From the NCBI GenBank assembly GCA_030770535.1, contig JASVEC010000152.1:1-40206 (forward strand): DNA of 40,206 nt, written 5' to 3'. Position numbers and translations under genes: made by a program. Position 1 is the stretch's first letter. Each line of letters begins with the position of its first letter. Shown here one piece after another: positions 12,842 to 23,531 of this stretch. The notes under the pieces were generated by a model. That model was not told the origin of the DNA and searched no databases. It was given only the letters and a program-made list of their open reading frames with translations. The DNA is from Batkoa obscura (taxonomy: Eukaryota).

Positions 12842-15800
12842 ATGGCGAGTATCAACAATGGAAAAGAATCTGTTAAAAGGAATTTCAATGGGGAAGGTAA
12901 ATTTACTACTGAAAAAGATTAAATAAGTTAATTTATTAAAACTAGTTTTTAGTATCCTTTAATACTCCTTTAACCAAAAAAAATAATGTAATACAAACTA
13001 AAGTTAAGAACCAAAAGAAAAAAGAGTATTCAGTTGATGCGCCACAGTCGTCCAACTGGCATAATGAGCGTAACAAAAATTTAGGCTACTGGCTAAATTA
13101 TGAACTTTGTAAATTTAATTTATTTGAAAATTTCAATGCCAAACACGATAGTCCAGGAGGAATTACAATCAAATTAGAAAAAATAAGGATCATCGAGAAA
13201 TCAAAAAAGATATCAAAAGAATTGGAGTTTACATTTGAGAAGTTAAAAGAGAAGCTCTTTAGTACAGATAGCTATTTCAAGCCCAAATTAAATATAATCA
13301 TTGATTTTGGCTAAGAAGAGATATATTAAAAATATTTAATTATTATGATCCATTTTGGCTATCTTTAGCTATTGAAGTTTGTTTTGAAAACATTGGGTTT
13401 TTTGGCTCATTAAAAAAAAACACAGCGAACAATTTAACTAATGAGGTATTTAATTTATAATAATAAAGCTTTATTTTATTCAATGTTAAATTTACCTAGG
13501 GTTTATTTAATGGAATTTCAGAAGAACAATACAGTTTAGAAATATCAAAACAATTTTTTTTAAAATGTTTAATGACAGTTTATTTATTAGATAAAGCTAG
13601 AATAATGGAATTAATACCAGATCATCAACGTTTATTTATCAATAAAGAAGTTAAATCAAGTAAACAAATGCTGACATTGTTAACGGATGTATTTATGAAA
13701 AAGGATGTAACTGATATAACTGAAATTTTGGGTTTAGATTTAAAATTTTATCAAACATCGATAGATGAATATGAATATAGTATTACTGAATTAGCTATGG
13801 ATTTAAGAGATGGTATCAAATTAACTCAATTCGTTTCTAAGTTTTTAGATAGAAAGCCAAATGTAATTTAACATTTAATATACCGAATTATTGTTTAATT
13901 AATATTGATATATTTTATTTAGGGAATTATTATACCAGCTAAAAACTTTGATGATGAATTAAATAATATGAAGATATTATTCAAATTTCTAGACTATCAT
14001 GGGATTAATACAAAATATTTGATTGGTGGACTAACTAAACCAGTAGATATAGTGAATGGAGATCGGGAAAAAACAATTGGATTATTATGGACATTACTAT
14101 TAAAATGGAAGATACCCAATTTAATTGATGAAGAGTTTATAAAATCGCAAATAGCTCAATTAAAATTACAATATTTTAAATGTTATTCAAAATCGATGCC
14201 CGATCTTAATACAGAAGGTGTTTATTTCAATTCCCCATTATTATCTGGTTTATTGACTTGGTGTTCTTCAATTTGTGCCTTATATCAATTACCAGTTATG
14301 AATTTTACCTCTAGTTTTGAAGATGGGCAAGCGATTTGCTATTTAATTGCTTATTATTTTCCAATGTATTAGATCCAACACATATAAAATCACAGCCAAA
14401 AGAAGATTATTTAGAACTTGAAGAAGGCGTACTTGAAAAAAATTGGTTGATATTTTCGACACCAAAAAAGCGCAAAGTAGATCCTATTCGTGAAGCAGTA
14501 ATTCATAATTTTGATTTACTTAAAGCAGCCATTATTCAACTTGGTGATGTACCTTCTTTTTTTTCCTTTAGAAGTTACGGTGCTATCGACGAAAAATTAG
14601 TGATTATTTATGTAGTTTATTTAGCAAATCGTATCCATACATTAATTAATTTAGAATTAAATGTGAGAAAAATTCAACAGTGGTGGCTTAATTATGGTAA
14701 TTTACAATCTGAAGCTAACAGATTATTACGTCAACAGGAATTAGAAGACAAAGCTTCAATAATAATTACAAATTCATTAAGAAGATTTAAAGCTAAAGTA
14801 ATCCATGATCCTGAAGTTGATGAATTTTATGACATTAGAGCAGCTGCTATGATTATACAAGATTCGAGAAGAGGAATAATAGCAAAAAGATCATTTTCTA
14901 TAAAATCAATCTCGTCAGCTACTATTCAAAAAACATACAATATGCATAATACCCGACTTCAATTTCATATTAAAAAAAAAGCGGCTATTAAAATCCAATC
15001 TATTTGGAGAAGATACTCAGCAATTAAAATGCTACACGATCTTAGTATCATTCACAATCAAGCAGCATTAAAATTACAATGTAGTATTCGTAGCTGGCTT
15101 TGCAAAAAAGAATTGAATCAAATTAAGCTATTAAACAAATCGGCTACCATCATCCAAAGTCAATTTCTTATGTGGGATCAGGTTAATACATATTCAAAAA
15201 AACGAGCTAGTGCCCTACAATTACAATCATTTGGGCGTGCACTTTTAGCAGTAAATCAATATAAATTAACTAAGAAAGAAAGTAGAAAAATACAAAATAG
15301 AATACGTGTATTTACCCATAGTAGAAGGATAAAAGAAGAATACGATCAACGTAAAAAATTAACTAAAAAGATGCAACAATTGGCACGCAAGTATATAATT
15401 CGACAAGAGGAAATACGTAAGAAAAATAAGGCAGCAACTCAAATTCAATGTTTATGGAAATGCTTTAAATCTAGAAAATCATTAAAGTATTTAATTTATC
15501 AAAAGAATTCAGCTACAAAATTACAAGCATTTATGAAAATGTGTCATTTTAATATCAATTATTCTATTTTAAAAGAGACATCCAATTTTATTCAGTTAAG
15601 AAGAAGAGTCAGAATTTTAGGGGATAACGTATGCGAAGAGTACAAAAATAAAGTTAATGCAACTAAAGTAATACAAAAACAATTAAGAAAGCATTGGTAT
15701 CTTATGGCAGAAGCAGAGAAAAAAGAACAAGCGTGCGTTAAGATACAATGTATTTGGAGGAAATTTTGCGCTAAAAGGCTACTTTCTAAACTTCAACTTC

Positions 15801-18430
15801 ATTATAAAGCAGCGGTTTTAATTCAATCAAAAATAAAAAGTTTTGTAATCAAAGAAGTTTATTTTATTACTTCTTATTTAGCAATGGGTTTGCAAAGGGC
15901 ATGGAGAGAAAAGTTACTAGCCAGGGAAACTAAGCAAAATTATTGTAAATTGAGAGAAACCACGCTATTCCTTCAACAGCGTGTTAAGTTTATTAAATAT
16001 TTTAAAAAGTGGAAAGAACAAAGAAATTTAGCTGCTATTACTTTACAATCGGCTTGGAAGAGACTGCTAGCTAAAAGAGAGTTAAGTAATAGGAGAATTA
16101 ATAAGGCATCAGTAACCATTTCTTCGTTTTTAAAGATGGTTAAAGGAACTACCAATTTCAATGAGCTTAAAGACCATACAAAAGCTATTATAGAAATTCG
16201 TCATAATACTCAACATTCTAAAGTGACATTAGATAATTATTCCTTATTAAAAGAAGCAGCTAAAATAACTCAATTCCAATTAAGACAAAAATGGGAAACT
16301 GAAAGTGTGTATAAGCAACATTTAAAAGAAAAAGGAGCGACTTTACTTATTCAAAGGAAGTTCAGAGCTTATCAAAAACACGTGAGGTTAATCAATCACT
16401 CTGCTTTAAAAATCCAATCAGTTTGGAAGATGGCTATTACCAAGAAGGAATATACATATGATCAAATGAGAAATAAAATGGCTCTTAGAATCCAGAATTG
16501 TATGAGAATGAAAATAGCTAAAGAGGAATTTAATAATAGATTAAAGCTAGCAAAAATCATTCAAGAAAGATGGGATTGTTATATCAATACTTTAGATCAA
16601 TGTTTTAATTTTAAATTAATTAAAGAAGTCACTGGATTCATTAAAGATACCTATCAAAACTCAATAAATTGTAAAGACATTAAGGAGGATTATCAAATTC
16701 GAAAATTAGCCATGTTGACAATTCAATCTAACATTAAAATGGCAATGAGTAAACTACCCTATTTAGAACTTAAATCGGCAGCGGATTATGTGGCTCATAG
16801 AAGAAAGGAAGTGGTTTTGGCAAGAGAGGAGAATAAGAATTATTTAGGTTTAAAATTCAAAGCTATTATTATACAAGGCATTTATCAACACCAAATTCAA
16901 TGCAATAAGGTTAAGGAATTATTTAATAAGAAAAAGGAAGCAGCTACCGCTTTACAAAAGTGTCTAAGAAGTTATTGGATTCAAAAAGATACTCAATACA
17001 GATCTGCAATTTTACTTCAAGCTCAATTAAAGGCATATTTAGTTAAGAAGGAGTATAGTAAAAACATACACTTACATAACAATTCAATTAAAATTCAATC
17101 TTTATTGAAAATGGTAAAAAGTCGAATTAAATTTAATAAGATTAGGCAATTAAGTCGATGGATTTGTGAACGTAGAGAGGCATTATTAATTTCTAACGAA
17201 ATTGTGGATAACTATGACAATATTAGAATTGCGGCTTTTATTATTCAAGATAGACTTAGAGCTATGACAGATGGTAAATTGGAATTTAACCATTATCAAA
17301 ATATTAAACAGTCAGCAATTGTTTTACAGCAAGCTTATCGTAATTACTTTGAAAGGAAAAACCAAGCAGCCACCAAAATTCAACAGATATGGAGAGGATA
17401 CATATTAAGTAAAGAAGCTATTGAATTATTCAACAAAAAGAAAGAAATAAGGAAAAGATTTCAAAAAGTATATATAAAACTAATAGCTGCAGATCAATTA
17501 TTTTTAAGATTTAATGAAATTTTTGAAGCTAAATTACATGCTCAATTTCGATTAAGATATAAATATTTAACTCTATGGCGAAATGAATGCAATGAAAAAT
17601 TAGAAGAATTGAGAGCTAAACGATTAGAAAGAGAAAGACACTTAGCCGCTATAAAATTACAAACATTAAGTTTATTTTATTTAAGTCAACGTAAATTTAA
17701 AGCGAGTCAAAGAATTGCAAAGAGTTTACAACCATTATGGAGGGGTTACAAAGTACGTATAAAGAGTTCACCAAAGGTGAAATTAGCTTGCCAAAGAGTT
17801 CAAAAAGCTAATCGTGAAGCTCAACCGCATATGATACTTTCAAATCGTACTACTATTGCTTTAGACATATTAAGTGCTAGTAAAAATTTAACTCATATTA
17901 TTAAAGCATGTGATCATTTAGTTGTAGTAACTCAATTATCACATACTTGTCGACAAAGGTTAATGGAGCAATATCATGTTATTAGAGTCATATTAACTTT
18001 AATGGGACAATGTAATCGTAGTCAACCTCATCAAGAAATCTTAAGACATTCTGTTTTAATATTGGAAAATTTATCTCGCGATGAAACATGTGCTAAACAT
18101 TTAGTTACACAATGTAAAGATGTAGAAGATATGTTAATTACTATGGTGGCCCATAAAGAACTATCACATGTATTAAATCCATTGATGGTGACTTTAGCTA
18201 ATTTAATGTCGTATCCTAAAGTGTTAGAAATTATTAAAAAGACAAACCAAATCAAGTTAAGACTTAAAATGGTTCAAATGGGTATTAAAAGAAAAAGTAG
18301 GTTTCCGATGATGAATAATAAAGTGAAGAAAGACTCAAGATCAATATATTCGGTGGGATTAATGGGATTAAGCTCATTAGAAGATATTGATCAACAGCAG
18401 TTAATTGGGCAACTAATTGAACTTATTTAA
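12842..18430 (+). CDS. ASPM: ASPM/abnormal-spindle-like protein (CH domains, long IQ array, C-terminal ARM/HEAT-like region), two apparent 1-nt frameshifts
   Basis: CH-region motifs YDPFWLSLAIEVCF, LAMDLRDGIKL, DIVNGDREKTIGLLW and VMNFTSSFEDGQAICYLIAYYFP; many IQxxWR/K repeats; CNRSQPHQEIL tail. Introns near 12897-12952, 13446-13499 and 13863-13922; frameshifts near 13310 and 14364. The start codon is tentative. Confidence 0.88.
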
Positions 18431-18813
18431 GAATGAGTGGATTAAGATATGAAAATCAATAAAAATTTTGATACATCTAATTATTATTATTTTGTTTATT
18501 TGGAATATTGATAAGTGACCGACATAGAATATTTTGTAAAAATTTATAACTTAATTAAAAAATAAAATAATACTTAACTCAAAAAACCAATTTTAACGTT
18601 ATAATAATAAGCTGATATTATAAATAACAGTTAATTTTTGTTATCAATATTATTATTATAAAGTAAATTTTGGATTGATTTGGTCATCAGTAGTTTATCT
18701 TTTTATTTAGTTTGATTCTAAAATGCTATTAACCTTAGAGTCTTTGTCCAATATTTTACTAAATATACTTGAGTCAAATCTAAATGAATTTAATCAATGT
18801 TTTTTAAGCAAGT

Positions 18814-18908
18814 GAAGATGTTTTTTTTTGATTTCATTATTTTTCCATTTTTTAAGCGCTATTTGAGTAGAAAGATTGTTAGTAAAATTCTTAAAAAAAT
18901 ACATCCCC
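18814..18908. mobile_element. ~97-bp MITE
   Basis: GAAGATG...ACATCCCC; the core is nearly identical to the reverse complement of 19422-19519. Confidence 0.9.
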
Positions 18909-19269
18909 AAACATTAATGGTTGTTTAGACCTTACTGAATTTGGTATAGCTAGAACAAAATTCATTGGTTTAAAGATATTAAAGTTAATTGCCGATGGGT
19001 TCTTTTGTATATTTAATTAAACTGATTTTGATATTAACTTTATCTCAAACTTAGAATTGGAAACAATAAGTGTCAGTTCCAATTTAAACAATTTTTGAGG
19101 GATTTAAGCAGTTAAAGGGTTTAAAACTAATCGATTATACTAGTTTTGGTTCGAACAATAATAACAACTATTATGATATAATATTGGCTGAAAATATCAA
19201 TACTGTTGCTTTAGGTTGCTTTAATTCAGATCATGTGGCTGATTATGAGCTTTTGAAATTATCAACATT

Positions 19270-19368
19270 GGGGATGTTTTTCTTGGTTTCATTACTTTTT
19301 CTACCTTTTAAGCGCTATTTGAGCGGAAACGTTGTTAGTAAAATTCTTAAACAAAAAAATACATCCTC
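19270..19368. mobile_element. ~97-bp MITE
   Basis: GGGGATG...ACATCCTC with (C)ATT duplicated. Removal restores the host frame STLKEIHIEY. Confidence 0.92.
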
Positions 19369-19421
19369 ATTAAAAGAAATTCATATTGAGTATTTACCAA
19401 TAAAACTATTAAAATCAATAT

Positions 19422-19519
19422 GGTGATGTATTTTTTTGTTTAAGAATTTTACTAACAATCTTTCTACTCAAATAGCGCTTAAAAAATGGAAAAATAATGA
19501 AATCAAAAAAAACATCCCC
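19422..19519. mobile_element. ~97-bp MITE (opposite orientation), TSD ATAT
   Basis: GGTGATG...ACATCCCC flanked by ATAT/ATAT. Removal restores KSISFLPNI. Confidence 0.93.
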
Positions 19520-20376
19520 ATATCATTTTTGCCAAATATTTAAACAATCTAATTTTCTAATTTATAAAGCAAATCTAATTTAGTAACTTTATTTGAATTG
19601 AAGAGTTATTTTATCTTATTTCTCTTTTCTCAAGCCTTAAAATGATTAGAGCTACAAATCTAACCTTCGACGGATATTTAGAAGTTGATTACAAACATAC
19701 TGATACTATCCTCTTGTCAATTACTATTCCTTATTCGCATGAGAGTATTTTTTATAATTTATTGGGATATATTCCATCATTAGACTGGATGAGATTTATG
19801 ATATTCAATATAACAAACTACATTTTAGTATAGTATTATTTTATCAATGAATTGTATTATTTGTAAAATCAGCAGTAACCCTTTTTGATATGTATGTTAC
19901 AGCTTTACTATAATTCAACTAACTGTTCACTCAAGAGTAAGATTTAGCTAAAATTCAAGGATCAAGCTTTAAAGAAATCAACTAACTAATCAAATAAATG
20001 GCTCCAAAAATCACTGCTAGTTACATTGTAATAAAGCTATAATGTAAATTATGTTTAAATTTTAGTATAAATTAATTATACTTCTTAAACCTTAATATCT
20101 TACTTTTGTAATTTATTTCACGACTTTGAGTTATGCTACTAAGTAATTTTATATATATACAAGTTTCTATAAAGGACATGTCTGCAGGGTTTTACTAAAG
20201 TCACTTTTATCTAAACTATATATAGATGGATGTTTTCTAATAAATATTTTTATCTTTTATATAGAATCAATATAATATGAATTTTGACATAAATTTCTCA
20301 AAATATTTATGCTCTGTTTTACTTTAGCATTTTAATAAAAATTTAAATATTTCGATAAAAATATCTAAAGTATAAG

Positions 20377-20841
20377 TGTGAAATATCGCTTTGTCAGCCC
20401 CACGGTCAATTGTAGTATAATAATCACTTAAGCTGCTGTGTTCTCGAGTTCAGAGAAAATCAATCCCACGTTCTTAGTTTGATTTGCTATGAGAATTTCT
20501 AGCTTCATTCCAAAGAATATTATCTTCTTATTTTGATATTTATACTTTTCAGAGTATAAAAGAGCTTACAGAGTATAAGTAGTTCGAGGCTTTTTAATTG
20601 AATTATTCCCTGATATCTCGAACATTTAATAAAGCCACTAAGTTTTCTTAATAGTATTTTACGTAGATTTTACATTAGTATTGTCTATTCTATCTGTCTT
20701 ATATAGCTTGCAACCTATTACGTGCTATTCCTCATAATCCAAGTCTATCTTAGTCACATAAACTAAGACCTTTCGACTTATAGTGTGGTCAACCCAGCAA
20801 TAGCTGTTCTTGACTCCAAACACTGAGTACCAGATTTCACA
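20377..20841 (-). mobile_element. Solo LTR, copy B (465 bp), TSD TAAG
   Basis: TGTGAAAT...ATTTCACA termini, perfect TAAG/TAAG flanks, TATA-like CTATATAAG on the minus strand; inverted homologue of 8167-8629. Confidence 0.9.
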
Positions 20842-21201
20842 TAAGTACCTGTATTAGTTTAACTATAAATTAGTCTCAAACAAGGATTTACACATTTATT
20901 TTGATTGTTATTATTTTGAGATATCAATTTTTATGTTAATAATACTGACTTTATTAGGCAGAACGATAACTATAATTAAAATAAATATATTGGTTAATTA
21001 TTTATTTATTTTCATATCCATAGATTAGCAAAAAATTTGTACAAAATTGATAAAATATTTTGTACAAAAGAGATATAAAAGTTTGCAGAGTAAAAGAATT
21101 GGAAAAAGGTGATTTAAAAAAATTATGAGCGTATTGCATATAATTTCAACATAACACGTGAAAAATTTTATATTAATTACATTATTTAAATATAAGATAT
21201 C

Positions 21202-21289
21202 AATGTGTTTTTATTTCACCACTTTTGTACCTTGAATGTTATTTATGTGGAAAGATTGTTAGCAAAATTTTTAAACAAAATGCATTCTT
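21202..21289. mobile_element. MITE, heavily degenerate copy
   Basis: TTTCACCACTTTT...GGAAAGATTGTTAGCAAAATTTTTAAACAAAATGCAT matches the family core; termini are lost. Confidence 0.65.
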
Positions 21290-22006
21290 ATGCTAAAATT
21301 TCAAAAATTCATTTTAGCAAGACATTATTTTTATTAAGAATTAAAACCTTACTAATAAGTCTTTGTTAGTGTTAATTATTCCTCTTGACTATATCTTGGC
21401 AATGGGCTATTCAAATGATCTAGAACTTTTTATGCGGTCTATTTATAACGTATAAAATAGATTCGTGTGAAAGATGATAACTTGGCTATCTTCTAATCTC
21501 TTTGTTTTGTGATTTTTTAACCACCACTCATATGCTTTCTGACTAATGTGTATTTAGCATCACAATCAAACAACTAAATTTTAAAATTTTAAAAATCAAA
21601 TACATGATGATAAACATATAATATGTTATAATCTTAAAGGCATGAAAATAAGACTTTCAATTAAAGTTGTTTCTTTATTAGTTTAACTGTTTTTTATAAT
21701 ATTACACTCTGGTTGCAGTGCTATTCATAAAAAAAGCCACATTTTGAAATAATTCATATATATGATTTTAAACTTTGCGATTGATTAGAAAAATGAAATA
21801 TTAATGATAAGAAAAATAATTTGTAATAGCATTATAAGACCAAAGAGAATTTGTAAATAATATGGACTCTTTGTTAGTAAGAAATACTATAGTTTTAAAA
21901 GCAAACTTGATTTACTTAACCAATAATATTTTAGCTAGTTATGATTATAAATTAAAATATATGAAAGTAATTTTTACTTCTTCCTTTATTTTTATTTTAA
22001 AATAAA

Positions 22007-22712
22007 ATGGAACTGAAGTTTGATCAGTTAATCAATGTATTACTAGAAGATATATTCAAACTTTTAGATCCAGAAGAAGTGATAGATTTCTGTTTCTTAA
22101 GCAAAGAGTTATTTAATATCGTTAGTGAAATAGCGAAATATAATCCAACTTATCCGTTGTATGATCAAAATAAGACTGGTAGATACTGGAACTATCGAGA
22201 GAAGTTTATCAAAAATAATGGAGGATTAATGAAACATATAAATATTGAAAGTGAGAATATAGAATATTTAACTTGTTGCTCAAACTTAATATCTATATCT
22301 TATCTAAATACATATAACAATAGAGCTATTGAATTCGGTTTCTTTAATACCAAATATTCAAGCTATTCATTTTATGAAAATAGACCAACATGATAAACTA
22401 TCTGATAATGTCAAGTTCAACGAAGATACTTTCATAAAAAAAAGTATAATTTAAGGGAATACAAATTTACTAAATTCATTTCTATAACTATTTTAACACA
22501 ACTAAAGAGTTTCTTCACCTCATATCTTTATTCCCAAACCTTGAAGTAGTTAAAAGCACAAATCTTTTATCAGATAAAACTGAACCATTAGATTATAAAA
22601 TACTCGTACTATCCCTTTATTGCTTATTGCACCTTATACAAATAATCACAAGGGTATTTTCAATTACCTGTTGAGATACATTCCATCATTAGATTGGGTG
22701 AAACTACAATAA
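22007..22712 (+). pseudogene. F-box/LRR paralogue 4 (intact 128-aa N-terminus, central deletion, C-terminal remnant)
   Basis: MELKFDQLINVLLEDIFKLLDPEE...LMKHINIESENIEYL is closely similar to paralogue 1. Downstream remnants read FPNLEVVKSTN and LLRYIPSLDWVKLQ*. Confidence 0.85.
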
Positions 22713-22861
22713 GCAATGTCAATAAACTACATTCAAATATAGTCGCTTTATCAATGAGATATATTATTTGAAACTAAGTGATAGCTTTTTTTAATATTTA
22801 GATTCCAATAATATTATGCTTTTGTATTTTAAACTTTATTATTATTATGTTATTAAGATAT

Positions 22862-22960
22862 GGGAGTGTTTTTTTTGACTTCATTACTTTTTCCATTTTC
22901 TAAGCCCTATTTAAGCGGAAAATTTGTTAGTAAAATTCTTAAACACAAAAATACATCCCC
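22862..22960. mobile_element. ~97-bp MITE, TSD ATAT
   Basis: GGGAGTG...ACATCCCC flanked by ATAT/ATAT. Confidence 0.93.
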
Positions 22961-23531
22961 ATATAAATTCATAAATTAACTTTTATTTTCAACATTTTAT
23001 TTGTATGTATTTTACAATTGTAACAACTTTGATTATAAAATTTGTATTGATTTAACTAATAGTATTCAAACTACATAGCATCATCAAGGTTAATTAAGGG
23101 TTATAAAAAGTAAATTGAACTTTGTTTCTTTTTTTTTATTTGATTTTAAAATTCTATTAGTCTTAGAGTCTTTATCTGATATATTATCAAAAGATATGCT
23201 CAAGCTATTACATCCAGAAAAATTAGCTAATTTATGCTTTTTAAATAGGTTATTTAATATTGCAAGCAAAGTAGTTGTGATAACTCTACTTATTCACTGT
23301 GTAATCAAGACAAAGTTGATTTCAATATTATCAAGGGAAGTTTATTATCGGAAACCGAGGATTGATGAAGCATATGAGTATAAAAACTAGAAGCTTTAGG
23401 TCTCTAAACAATTGTTCAAACTTGAGATCAATATTCTATTTATATACAATTAATGGGAGTTGTGAAAATAGAGACAAAAATAAAGATAATATCAAATTAC
23501 AAGTTAAAATGGCAAAATTAAAAAAATATAT

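Larger units (their letters stand above)
18723..19833 (+). pseudogene. F-box/LRR paralogue 3, internally deleted, with three MITE insertions
   Basis: MLLTLESLSNILL start; FISNLELE, ALGCFNSDHVADYELLKLSTL|KEIHIEYLP, SISFLPNI*TI and YIPSLDWM match paralogue 1. Confidence 0.85.

Noticed and set aside
8167..20841. Inversion, or one giant element, bounded by the two inverted LTR-like repeats
   Set aside because: Each copy keeps its own TSD, and both flanks of copy A are collinear with the empty transposon site, so these are independent insertions.
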